A stretch of DNA of 39,530 nucleotides from positions 1 through 39,530 of the forward strand of contig CAVVUS010000020.1 of assembly GCA_963751345.1 (NCBI GenBank), read 5' to 3'. Positions 19,957 through 29,504 of the stretch are shown here, piece after piece (the stretch's first letter is position 1; every line of letters begins with the position of its first letter). The translations under genes were made by a program, and so were the position numbers. The notes beneath the pieces are model-generated. The model had not been told where the DNA came from. It made no database searches and saw nothing but the letters and a program-made list of their open reading frames with translations. This stretch comes from an uncultured Chloroflexia bacterium (GTDB lineage Bacteria > Chloroflexota > Anaerolineae > B4-G1 > SLSP01).

Positions 19957-21433
19957 GGCGTTCGTCCGTCAAGGCCGCCACAATATGCTCCATCTTCACG
20001 CCCCGCGATCCCTTGATCAGGACCAGATCTCCGGGCAACAACAACGAGCGCACAACCTCGATCGCGGCCTCACTGTCGCTCGCGGGGTGTATGTGTGCCG
20101 GGGCGAGACCGCATTCGGCAGCGCCCTCCCCGATCGTCTCTGCGGCCCCCCCGACGACGACCAACTCGGAGACGATCCCCGCGGCGTGGCACCCCACCTC
20201 CAGATGCCCCTCCCGCTCGTAGTCTCCGAGCTCCAACATGTCCCCCAATACGGCGACCTTTCGTCTCCGCGCCGCCGTCTCCATAGGGCGGCTGCTATCG
20301 GCCAGATCGTCGAGCAACGTCAAGGCGGCCAACGCAGACGGGGGACTCGAGTTGTAGGTGTCGTCGATGATCATCGATCCATCGGGCCCCGGTACGGTGA
20401 CCAAGCGCAATTGTTCGCTTGGCGTCTGCAGTCCTGACACAATCTCGTCCCAGTCCATACCCTCAACCAGCCCTATCGCGGCGCCCCGCAGGACCGGGAA
20501 AATGCTGTGTCGGCCCAGCATCGGCACCTCTATGGGTACCGTCTCGCCTCCAAAGTGCAGCCGTGCACGGATACCGTCCATCCCCAGGCTCTCGACCCCA
20601 TCGGCCCAAAGATCTGCCTGGGGAGAGAGACCGTAGAAGAAGCAGCGCGCCTGTGTATGCTCGGACATCTCGCGTACCCGACCATCGTCGTAGTTGAGAA
20701 TCGCGACACCCTCCGGGGCCGGAGGCAGAGCTTCAACAAGCTCCCTCTTCCCCAATGCGATCGCCTCGATCGTCCCGGCCCGCTCCGCGTGGACCGGCTC
20801 AACGTTTGTGATAATACCCACATCCGGATGCGCGATGCCGCTCAGGAATCGAATATCGCCGGGCACGTACATACCCATCTCCAGGACCACGCGTTCGGAC
20901 TCACTCGTCAGCCCCAGGAGCGTCAGCGGCAGACCGATCTCGTTGTTATAGGATCCCTGACTCTTGGTGACCCGATAGCGGCATCCCAGGACTCTTGCCA
21001 CAATCTCCTTCGTGGTGGTCTTGCCCACACTCCCCGTGATCCCAATAACTCGCACGTCGAGGCGCAATCGCCACCACCGTGCGGCTTCCTGCAGCGCCGC
21101 CAACACGTCAGGCACACGAATCAGGAGGGGCAGAGAAGCGCCGGCGGGGGATAGTGTGAGCCTAGGCTCCTCCTCATCTCCGACCTGTGTCAGGTCCAGC
21201 AAAGCGCAGTCGCCGGCCTGGACATCGTGTGCAACGACCGCAGCGGTAGCCCCACGTGCAAACGCATCGCCTACATAGGCATGACCGTCAACGCGCTCAC
21301 CCTCAAACGCAAAGAACAGAGAACCCGGCACGGCTTCACGCGAGTCAATAATAGGCATAGCCGGCACCTCAAGAGAATCGAGATGCCAGCCGCTCAATGC
21401 CTCGACGAAATACGCTAGCGTCAGCCGGTCCAC
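19949..21433 (-). CDS. murF: UDP-MurNAc-tripeptide--D-Ala-D-Ala ligase
   Basis: IDSR, DGH, ITGSVGKTTTK, YNNEIGLP, EMGM, DDTYNSSP, LGDMLELG, KGSRG. Confidence 0.95.
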   Translation of the reverse strand: MDRLTLAYFVEALSGWHLDSLEVPAMPIIDSREAVPGSLFFAFEGERVDGHAYVGDAFARGATAAVVAHDVQAGDCALLDLTQVGDEEEPRLTLSPAGASLPLLIRVPDVLAALQEAARWWRLRLDVRVIGITGSVGKTTTKEIVARVLGCRYRVTKSQGSYNNEIGLPLTLLGLTSESERVVLEMGMYVPGDIRFLSGIAHPDVGIITNVEPVHAERAGTIEAIALGKRELVEALPPAPEGVAILNYDDGRVREMSEHTQARCFFYGLSPQADLWADGVESLGMDGIRARLHFGGETVPIEVPMLGRHSIFPVLRGAAIGLVEGMDWDEIVSGLQTPSEQLRLVTVPGPDGSMIIDDTYNSSPPSALAALTLLDDLADSSRPMETAARRRKVAVLGDMLELGDYEREGHLEVGCHAAGIVSELVVVGGAAETIGEGAAECGLAPAHIHPASDSEAAIEVVRSLLLPGDLVLIKGSRGVKMEHIVAALTDERHG

Positions 21434-21481
21434 TGATCTGCCCCTTCGTTCTTCTGCCTTACGCTCACGTCAACGGAGCAC

Positions 21482-23242
21482 CTACTGCCCATCAGCGATC
21501 TGCGCATCGATCGGCTCGGATGGGGGAATGCCCAACAATACGAAGAGACGACTCGCCACCCGCTGGAACACCGGCGCCGCCGTCTGGGTTCCCCACCTCA
21601 GGTTGGGGTCATTCTGAGGCCGATCGATTTTCACCAGGATGAGCACCTGGGGATCGGGCATAGGCCCAAATCCGATGAAGGACGTGATCACGTTCGCCGC
21701 GTCGTAACCGCCGGAGACCGGTATCTGTGCTGTGCCGGTCTTGCCTGCCACACGATAGCCAGGCACGCGCGCATTCTCGAGCTTGTCGGCCACGTAATTC
21801 TCCATCATGTGAGCGACCAGATCGGCGGTTGCCGGGGAGACGGGTTGACCCAGCGAACGGTTACTCATAGGTATCACACGTCCATCGGGATAGCGGCGAT
21901 CGGCGATGATGTGGGGGGCCATCATCGTCCCGTGGTTGGCCAGGGCAGAGACCGCCGTAGCCATCTGCAGGGGTGTCACCGCGATGCCCTGACCAAAGGG
22001 ATTTGTCGCCAGTGTGCTGTCCGTCCAATCCCAATCGGTCGGCAGGTGGACAAAGCCGGCCACCTCGTCCGCAAGCCCGATCCCCGTCTTCTGTCCGAAG
22101 CCGAACTCCCGCACATAGTGATAAAAGACGTCGGCCCCCATGAACTGGGTCGACAGCGTCGCTACGCCAACGTTGAGCGACAGGTTTAGAACGCCCTGGA
22201 GGTTCTGCTGCCCGTACGCCCCCCGGTCCCAGTTCTGGATCACAGCACCGCCGTACTCAATGCGTCCGTTGTCGTAATATGACCAATCCTGACCAACACT
22301 CCCCGAGTCCAGAGCCGCCGCGACGGTGATGACCTTGAAAACCGATCCGGGTTCATATGGGATGCTGACCGCCGGATCGACAAAGACGTTGCCGTCGTCG
22401 AGGGTATACTCGGCGTAGTTGGCGGGATCGTATCTGGGGCTGCTGGCCACAGCCAGGATTTCGCCGTTCCGCGGGTCCAAGACCAGGATCGTGCCGCCCG
22501 AGGCGCCGTATTCAGCGATCGCTCGGTCCAGCTCTCCCTCGATAAATGCCTGAATCGTCCGGTCGATCGTCAACCGCAGATCCGTGCCCGGATAGGCCCG
22601 CAGGTCGTCCTGTGCCAACTCGTCGGCGAACGGTGCAGACGCTGCATCCACCGGACCCTCACGCACGACAGGCTGAGGGCGCAGGAAACGTTGCTGGAGG
22701 GCCTCAACCCCATAGCCGTAGCCATCCGCGTTCACAAACCCCAGGGTGTGACACGCCAGGTCCCCTTCGGGATAATAACGGCGCCATTGCGGCTCCAGGG
22801 TCAGCCAGTTCCACTGCTCCGACTTCAGCCTTTCGAGCTCTTGTGCCGCCTCGCCCCCGATCCCTTTCGCCAGTGGCCACCAGATGTACCCCTGCATAGC
22901 CGGAAGCGTACCGGAAAGGACCGCCTGGAGCGAGCCTGCATCTTGCCCGAGCAAGGGGGCCAGCACCTGTGCCGCTGCAACCGTATCTGTGATCAGACCG
23001 TACTCGGCCCCGACGTCGTAGATCGGGAGGTTGCCCACCAACAGATCTCCATTGCGGTCCGTGATGACGCCGGAGGGCGGCGCGGGCAACGAGTAAGTCC
23101 GATCGATCAGATCCGTTACCTCGGCATTCCAAATCGGGCGCTTGACAATCTGTAGCCAGACAAGCCGGCCCACAATCGCCAGCGTGACCAGCGCCAACAG
23201 CGCGGTCACCAACCGCAAACGTGCTTCGGGCCCGCGCAGCAT
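21482..23242 (-). CDS. ftsI: Class B penicillin-binding protein FtsI/PBP3-like
   Basis: ITDRNG, RRYYP, LTID, YEPGSVFK (SxxK), SLN (SxN), FGQG, GKTGTAQ. Confidence 0.9.
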   Translation of the reverse strand: MLRGPEARLRLVTALLALVTLAIVGRLVWLQIVKRPIWNAEVTDLIDRTYSLPAPPSGVITDRNGDLLVGNLPIYDVGAEYGLITDTVAAAQVLAPLLGQDAGSLQAVLSGTLPAMQGYIWWPLAKGIGGEAAQELERLKSEQWNWLTLEPQWRRYYPEGDLACHTLGFVNADGYGYGVEALQQRFLRPQPVVREGPVDAASAPFADELAQDDLRAYPGTDLRLTIDRTIQAFIEGELDRAIAEYGASGGTILVLDPRNGEILAVASSPRYDPANYAEYTLDDGNVFVDPAVSIPYEPGSVFKVITVAAALDSGSVGQDWSYYDNGRIEYGGAVIQNWDRGAYGQQNLQGVLNLSLNVGVATLSTQFMGADVFYHYVREFGFGQKTGIGLADEVAGFVHLPTDWDWTDSTLATNPFGQGIAVTPLQMATAVSALANHGTMMAPHIIADRRYPDGRVIPMSNRSLGQPVSPATADLVAHMMENYVADKLENARVPGYRVAGKTGTAQIPVSGGYDAANVITSFIGFGPMPDPQVLILVKIDRPQNDPNLRWGTQTAAPVFQRVASRLFVLLGIPPSEPIDAQIADGQ

Positions 23243-23243
23243 C

Positions 23244-23570
23244 TCAGCGAGATCCTGTCTCTACAAAGTCGACGGCACCGGCCGGAGCGAAGCCAAGCTC
23301 GGTGGATCGTCGTTGGAGCACGGCAATCGAGCTCGCGTCCGCGATCTCGACCTGCAGCCGGCTGGTCTCACGCTGCCTCTCCGCCATCTGGTTGTGCAGC
23401 GACCATACCTGGCTCGACAGCCGCACGTTGGCTGCACTCAGGGCCAGGTAAGCGCTGATCAATACGGTCGCTATCAGCACAACCAGCAGAAACGCCCTGG
23501 CCGTCACGCGGCTGAGCTTTTCCTCTCGTCGCGGCACACCGTGCGTGCTCTGCTGCCACACTACGCTCAT
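23244..23570 (-). CDS. ftsL: FtsL-like bitopic coiled-coil protein
   Basis: Between rsmH and ftsI; short N-terminus, TM helix, leucine-zipper-like segment, ELGF motif. Confidence 0.65.
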   Translation of the reverse strand: MSVVWQQSTHGVPRREEKLSRVTARAFLLVVLIATVLISAYLALSAANVRLSSQVWSLHNQMAERQRETSRLQVEIADASSIAVLQRRSTELGFAPAGAVDFVETGSR

Positions 23571-23571
23571 C

Positions 23572-24604
23572 TCACACCTTCTCCGCCACCCGCAACTTGG
23601 CGCTTCGGCTGCGTGGATTCGCTTTCACTTCGTCCTCGGTCGGCACAATGGGACCACGGGTGATCCGGCGCAACGTCTGCACGTGATCGCACTGGCAGAC
23701 TGGGTACCCGGGCGGGCAAATGCAATCGCGCGACTCCTGCTGCATGAAGCGCTTGACGATCCGATCCTCCAGCGAATGGAAGGCAATCACCGCCAGCCTG
23801 CCGCCGGGCCGCAGCGCCGTGACCGCATCCGGCAATGCCGCCTCAATCCCGGACAACTCTTCATTTACCGCGATCCTCAGCGCCTGGAAGGTTCGCGTCG
23901 CCGGATGAATAGGACCGCGCCGTCCCCCCACCGCATCGGCCACCACGTCAGCTAACTCGATGGTCGTCTCGATCGGACGCGCCCGGACAATCGCCCGCGC
24001 GATCTGGCGACTCCGCGGCTCCTCACCGTAGCTGAAAAGCAGCTCGACGAGTTCCTCTTCGGTCAACCGATCGATTAGCTCCGCCGCGGTCACGCCAGAG
24101 CCGGTATCATACCGCATGTCGAGCGGTCCCGGCAGGCCAAACGAGAAACCTCGGCGCGCATCGTCGATCTGAAACGAAGAGAAACCCAGATCGAAGATCA
24201 CCCCATCCAGGGGGTAGAAGCCCTCGCGCCGCGCCACCTCGAGCAACCCTACGTAAGATGCATGCACAATCGTGACGCGATCCCCGAAGGCCAGTCAGCC
24301 GCGCGCGTGCCCGGGCTGCAGCTTCTGCATCACGATCGAGCCCGAGGACACGTCCATCAGGACCACTGGCCTCGAGAATAGCGACCGTGTGACCGCCCCC
24401 CCCCACCGTCGCATCGAGGTAGGTCCCCGCTGGACGAACAGCCAGCCCTTCTACGACACGCTTCGCGAGAACAGGGATGTGCTCGTGCTGCTGATCCTCG
24501 CTCTCGCCGCTTGAGGCACCACCCTCATCCGGGGCGCCCCCACCGTCACAGGGACGGTCTGGAGCCCCATCCGAGGCGCCGCCTAGATCTGCAGGTCTTC
24601 CCAT
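23572..24604 (-). CDS. rsmH: 16S rRNA m4C1402 methyltransferase (frameshift at ~24290; start uncertain)
   Basis: HIPVL, DATVGGGGH, GLDRD in one frame; DLGFSSFQ..RGFSF, PLDMR, HPATRTFQALRIAVN, FHSLEDR, NPRSRSAKLR in the next. Confidence 0.92.
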
Positions 24605-25020
24605 AGCGCTGGATCGTCGCCCATGATCTCTATCTGGTTGTTATTCTGGCTCTCCCACCGGCCCCGGTCCCAAAGTTCGATAAAGCGATCGAGCCCAACA
24701 ATCACAACTTCAGATGAAAGATCCAATCCAGCGTATTCACGCAGTCTGTCAGGGATAAGCACCCGTCCCTGCTTGTCTAGCTCGGCATCGGCCGCATCGG
24801 CAAAGAAAACTCGGCGCAGTGCGCGCCCGCGAGGATCTGTGATGGGCAGGGAGGTAACCTTCTGAGAGATTTCCCTCCACACCTCAATGGGGTATACTAC
24901 CAGGCAGCGATCCAGCCCTCGGGTAACGACAATCTCGACCGGCAGCTCCTCCCGGAAGCGCGATGGGATGGTAAGCCGGCCTTTGCTGTCAAGAGTATAG
25001 GAGAACTGGCCCAAGAACAT
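24583..25020 (-). CDS. mraZ: Transcriptional regulator MraZ
   Basis: MFLGQF..LDSKGRLTIP and LDKQGRVLIP (two DxxxR AbrB repeats), IELW. Confidence 0.96.
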   Translation of the reverse strand: MFLGQFSYTLDSKGRLTIPSRFREELPVEIVVTRGLDRCLVVYPIEVWREISQKVTSLPITDPRGRALRRVFFADAADAELDKQGRVLIPDRLREYAGLDLSSEVVIVGLDRFIELWDRGRWESQNNNQIEIMGDDPALWEDLQI

Positions 25021-25075
25021 ATAGAATGATTCCCCACCATTAGGTGCGCTCTTAGGGAAAGAAGTGTCCCGCCTA

Positions 25076-25139
25076 CCCAACATGCTCCACTTTCCCCCAC
25101 TGCCGCCCACATTATACTATAGTTCCCCAGGCTACGCAA
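25076..25139 (-). promoter_or_regulatory. dcw promoter with MraZ-binding GTGG repeats
   Basis: TTGCGT-N17-TATAAT directly followed by GTGGG-N5-GTGGG-N5-GTGGA-N5-TTGGG (10-bp period). Confidence 0.8.
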
Positions 25140-25213
25140 TAGTAATCCCAACTTTTCGTGGCAGAACATGTGTGTTATTTGGGATAATGCATGCATGCCA
25201 ACTCCAATGTTTC

Positions 25214-25242
25214 TTGTTTTCCGGTCTCGACCCCGCTATAAT
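25214..25242 (+). promoter_or_regulatory. Putative promoter of nurA
   Basis: TTGTTT-N17-TATAAT, 38 nt upstream of ATG 25281. Confidence 0.55.
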
Positions 25243-25280
25243 CACCGCATGCAATACACGCTGGCTCGAGGAAGGGTGCG

Positions 25281-26513
25281 ATGCTTCGTATAGAACGAAT
25301 GCGGGAAGATATCGCCGCTCTCGGACAGCGCGCTGCATTGGAACGCGCCCAGCGGCAGGGAGCGCTGGATCAGGCACTACGGTGGCTTGCGGAAGCGCCG
25401 GATGCCGGCGATCTGCGCGCCCACGTACAACCCCTGGTCAACCAACCGGACCGATGGCGCGGCGCGGTACCCACTTCCTCACAGCCGGTTGGGGCCACGA
25501 TCCCCTGTCCGCAGGTGCCCCTTGATGGCCTGGTGTTGATCGGGGTAGATGGCTCCCAGATTTACCCGGATCGTCACGCCCTGATCCTCTACTACCTGCT
25601 GCAGGTCGGCTCGCTGATCTTTCGATACAATCGTGAGGCTCCCGGCGCGCAGACGTCCGAATGGCTGCGGTACGAGGAGAGTGACGTCTATGACGACCGT
25701 GGCTATCTCATCGGCGCCGAAACGCTGGCGATGGAGCGGATGATAAAGGAGATCGCCGTCCTCGCCGATCTCGTAGAGGAGGAACGTCACCTGTCGGAGC
25801 GTCCGTCCGGAGGCGTACCTGCAGGCCAAGCTGCAGGCGTACCTGCAGGCGCGCCTGCAGGCATGATCCTGGGCCTAACGGATGGGCCGCTGCTGTGGCC
25901 CTATCTTGCCCGCAACCAGAAAGCAGCGCAGGCGTGCGGCACCTATCTCAGTGCGTTGCGGCGGGTCCAGCTTGGCGGCGGTGTGCCGGTCGGATACGTG
26001 GACCGTCCCGGAGGACGCCCTCTGATCGATCTGCTCTGGGCCGGCCAACTCCCGTCCGCAGAATTGGTGGAGAGAGCTGACGACAATCCATTGGGGACAC
26101 TCTCGGATGAGGATCTGATGAAGGCAGCGCTGACACCCGGCGCCAGGACGGGCTGGTTCACACGTCCGACACCGACAAACCAGCGTCATGCAGAAGAAGG
26201 GCAGGAGATCTGGTTCTGCTACACTGATCTCGGTACCGCCGAGAGCCCGTCCATCGCGCGTGTCGAGGTGCCCGCCTGGGCCGCTGTGGATGCGGCCGTT
26301 ATGGACCGGCTCCATGCCGCGCTACGTCAGCAGGCCGAAGTGTTGGGTGGCTATCCCTACGTCCTGGCCCGAGCCCACGAAGAGGCGCTGGTCACCACAC
26401 AGGACAAGGCCGCACTGGAGCAGGCCATCCAACGCGAGATCCTGACGGCGACCGGCGAGCTCGCCGAACCATCGGACAAGGCCAAACAGAAGGCGCTGCT
26501 GGGCCAGCGGTAG
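25281..26513 (+). CDS. nurA: NurA-family nuclease
   Basis: GVDGSQ, TDGPL, ARVEVP.W, GYPYVLARAHEEA motifs of bacterial NurA. Confidence 0.85.
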   Translation: MLRIERMREDIAALGQRAALERAQRQGALDQALRWLAEAPDAGDLRAHVQPLVNQPDRWRGAVPTSSQPVGATIPCPQVPLDGLVLIGVDGSQIYPDRHALILYYLLQVGSLIFRYNREAPGAQTSEWLRYEESDVYDDRGYLIGAETLAMERMIKEIAVLADLVEEERHLSERPSGGVPAGQAAGVPAGAPAGMILGLTDGPLLWPYLARNQKAAQACGTYLSALRRVQLGGGVPVGYVDRPGGRPLIDLLWAGQLPSAELVERADDNPLGTLSDEDLMKAALTPGARTGWFTRPTPTNQRHAEEGQEIWFCYTDLGTAESPSIARVEVPAWAAVDAAVMDRLHAALRQQAEVLGGYPYVLARAHEEALVTTQDKAALEQAIQREILTATGELAEPSDKAKQKALLGQR

Positions 26514-26529
26514 CGCTCAAGGAGTCACT

Positions 26530-27165
26530 ATGCCCGCTCAAAGCCAGGCTATCGCCATCGGCAACGTGCTTCGCGCGGACATCCGCGGTTTCGTCGTGGC
26601 TTCCCGGATCCCGGCGCCCGAGGTGCCTACCTTCGGCACCTTTGTCCGCGCGCCCATCCAACAGGACACCGCCGAGCTCATCGGCCTGGTCTACGACATC
26701 CGGCTGCAGGACGATCCGTTCCTGCGTAACCTCGCCGCTACGGTCACGCAGGGCGATCCGCGGTACACCGAGATCATCCGCGATCAGCGCGAGAACCGCG
26801 CCGTACCGGTAGAGATCTCCGTGGCATCGGTCGGCTACTGCTACACCGGCGACTCGAGCTATCGCTACGGCTTTCCGCCGCAGCCACCCATGGTCCTGAA
26901 TCAGATCGAGGTCTGCTCCGACGAAGAGATCGCAGAGATCACGTCCTCACCCGATTTTCTGCGCGCCCTCCTCGATAACGTCGACATTCCTGCCGACGAG
27001 CTTATCCCGACCACGTTGCTCAGGACCGTTGCCCACCATCCCGGCGATCAGCAAGCCTACCTGATTAGCGCAGGCCGCTACCTCGCCCGGCACCTGGGAC
27101 GCGATCCCATTCGCCTGGAGAAGATCCTCCGCCGCATCGACGTAGGGCGGAGTCACGCCGTCTGA
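26530..27165 (+). CDS. Stand-alone HAS-barrel-like protein (NurA/HerA-associated)
   Basis: IGNVL..., PTFGTFVR, GLVYDI, VGY, PPQPP pattern with a helical C-terminus; directly downstream of nurA. Confidence 0.6.
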   Translation: MPAQSQAIAIGNVLRADIRGFVVASRIPAPEVPTFGTFVRAPIQQDTAELIGLVYDIRLQDDPFLRNLAATVTQGDPRYTEIIRDQRENRAVPVEISVASVGYCYTGDSSYRYGFPPQPPMVLNQIEVCSDEEIAEITSSPDFLRALLDNVDIPADELIPTTLLRTVAHHPGDQQAYLISAGRYLARHLGRDPIRLEKILRRIDVGRSHAV

Positions 27166-27187
27166 GCGAGCAGGGACGCTAGACCTT

Positions 27188-27249
27188 GTAGCAGGCGACC
27201 CGATGGGCGCCACCCTTGTCTTCGAGCGGCGGAGCAAACTGCCTCCTAC
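27188..27249. repeat. GTAG...CTAC REP-like inverted repeat between convergent genes
   Basis: GTAGCAGGC (27188) ... GCCTCCTAC (27249); 8 of 9 positions complementary. Confidence 0.4.
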
Positions 27250-27270
27250 CGGAAGTCGACTCGGCGCGCG

Positions 27271-27918
27271 CTACCCGCCGCGACCTTCCTTCACCGCAGC
27301 GATAAAGGCCGCCGCCCGGCGCGTCAGCTCGTCCATATCGCCGGTATCGAGCAGTTTCTGGTTGACGAGGCTGCTGCCCACCCCCAGTGCGGCGGCGCCC
27401 TTACGGATGAAGTCGGCAGCCGTCGCAAGGTCAACACCACCGACGGGCACGATCTCCAACTGCGGCAGCGGAGCGCGAATCGCCTTGATCAGATCGGGTC
27501 CGCCAACGCTAGCAGGGAAGAGCTTCACCATGGCAGCCCCCGCCTCCCAGGCCGTGAGCGCCTCGGTCGGCGTGTAGATCCCCGGCATGACCGGGATGCT
27601 GTATCGGTTGCACAGCTCGACGACCGCGACCTTGAGCGTCGGCGCCACGACGAACCCTGCGCCCGCCAGAATCGCCGCGCGCGCCGTCTCGGTGTCGAGC
27701 ACCGACCCGGCGCCGAAGAGCACCTCGTCGCCATAGCGCGCCGTCGCCTCCTCGATCACGCCGAGCGCGCCCGGCGTCGTCATCGTCACCTCGATCACGC
27801 GCACGCCGCCGGCCTTGATGGCGTCCGCAGCCGCGATCAACTGATCCGAGCTCTGCGCGCGCATGATCGCGATCACGCCCGTTGAGCGGATAAGGTCGAG
27901 TTTTTCGGTTCTGTTCAT
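27271..27918 (-). CDS. eda: KDPG/KHG aldolase
   Basis: IAIMR, IEVTMTTP, GAGSVL, PGIYTPTE, VKLFPA, PVGGV; GGAGG RBS. Confidence 0.93.
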   Translation of the reverse strand: MNRTEKLDLIRSTGVIAIMRAQSSDQLIAAADAIKAGGVRVIEVTMTTPGALGVIEEATARYGDEVLFGAGSVLDTETARAAILAGAGFVVAPTLKVAVVELCNRYSIPVMPGIYTPTEALTAWEAGAAMVKLFPASVGGPDLIKAIRAPLPQLEIVPVGGVDLATAADFIRKGAAALGVGSSLVNQKLLDTGDMDELTRRAAAFIAAVKEGRGG

Positions 27919-27951
27919 GGATAGGTTGCCTCCAGTTCTACGTATGAGCAT

Positions 27952-27989
27952 AGCGTTGAAACGTTTGAACGTTCAAACGTTTCAACGCT
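27952..27989. repeat. Perfect 38-bp palindrome built from 8-nt ACGTT-core units, after the kdgK stop
   Basis: AGCGTTGAAACGTTTGAAC|GTTCAAACGTTTCAACGCT. Confidence 0.92.
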
Positions 27990-27991
27990 CC

Positions 27992-29150
27992 TTACCTTGA
28001 CGTCCGCTTGCCGCCGCCCAGCACGTCCGACTTCATCAACGCCTGGACCTCGTCCTTGTTGACAATCGGCAGGTCGAACATAAGCGTCTGCTTGATGCGC
28101 GTGGCGGCGTCACCGACGAGGACGCCCTTCTCGATGCCGGAGGCGTTGAAGCCCTCGGTCAGCAGTCCGTAGTAGAAGCCGGCGTTCCACGTGTCCCCGC
28201 CACCGAGACGATCCCACAGCGTGATCGGCTTGACCGCGGGCGAGCGGAAGAAGTTGCCGTCGGCGTCGGTCGCCGCCGACTCCCACCGGTGCTGCTCGAA
28301 GGTGTCGGGGTAACGGATCGTGATCGCCACGATCTTGGTGTTGAAGCGCTTGTGGATCTCGGCTGCGAAGGCCTGGATGTCCTCGTCCTCGACCGCGCCG
28401 ATGTCACCATCCACAATCTGCTGAGCGGAGTACTGGCCGCAGTCCAGGCCGTAGATCAGGGCCATATCCTCGATCGACGTGATGAGCACATCCACGTGAT
28501 CGGTCAGGATCGGCGTCATCGCGGCGCGCGCCTGCTCGACGTCCCAGAGCGTCGACCGGTAGTTGTAGTCCAGTCCCACCAGGCATCCCTCGGGCTTGTG
28601 CCGGATGGCCTCCTCGAAGGCCGCCAGCAGACAGTTGTGCGTGTAGCCGCTGTGCGGTGCCAGCCCGAAGCTGATGCCGGAGGTATGGAAGAGCGTGCAG
28701 TCCTGCAGCGCGGCCTCCCAGTCCACCATCCCGGCATCCAGGCGCGAGGCCGCCGAGAACATACGCTGGTACGTACCGGTGTTCTTCCGCGGCGTCCTCC
28801 CGATCTCATAGATGAAGCGCCCGATGGGCTCGGTCTTCTTTGCCCATACGAAGTGGTCGGTGTTGAGCCCGTTCTCACGCGCGATGTTGCGCAGCATGAA
28901 ACCATACGGGTTGGCCGGGACGCGCGTGATGAAGCCGGCAGGGATGCCAAAGCGCGACAGCCCCATGCGCCAGCGTATACTCGCTCCCTGCCATCGACAG
29001 ATGGACTGTGCGCGTGCGCTCCGGACGCTCATCATCCGCCGGGGTATCACGTACCATCACCTCGCCAAAGGTGACAAAGACCGGCCCCTTGCCCTGGAAC
29101 TGCGTGAGATCGTCCTTCGTAATGTCGTACTTCAGAACCGGTTGCTCCAT
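27992..29150 (-). CDS. kdgK: PfkB-family sugar kinase, 2-keto-3-deoxygluconate kinase-like (extra base at ~28968)
   Basis: TFGEVMVR, AGSE, FHTSGIS, DYNYRSTLW, DRLGGGD.WNAG; in an operon with eda. Confidence 0.75.
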
Positions 29151-29504
29151 GTCATCTCCTCCTCAGCGATATACAGATCCATGTTCGGCATAGGTCTCGC
29201 CGTCGATTGTGATCCATTCGGCCCGTCAGCCGTAGACAGCCCTGAAACTGTCGGACGTTCCGCCTGACGACCCAGTATACATTACCCCCGGCGATCATGG
29301 TAACACGACGTGCAGGTGAGTCTTGTTGTCGTAGGCTTGTTTGACAGTCTCTTGAGAGTTCTATGATGCGTGCGTGCTATGGTTGGATTGTCTTGACCTG
29401 GGTTCGCAGGCATTCCATCGGACGCCTACGATCGACTTGGGAGACAGAGTCACAGGATGTGCTGCGTCGTTTGGTGGCCATAGAGGAAAGCATAGGAGGG
29501 CGAT

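Noticed and set aside
9721-24604. Pseudogenisation of the dcw cluster (wall loss)
   Set aside because: Motifs are intact, there are no nonsense codons, and the same +1 pattern affects unrelated genes, so error is the simpler explanation.
25163-25177. LexA box upstream of nurA (GAACATGTGTGTTA)
   Set aside because: Spacing and right half do not fit GAAC-N4-GTTC.
29341-29367. TTGACA...TATGAT promoter for the LPXTG gene
   Set aside because: The spacer is only 15 nt; plausible but not supported well enough to list.
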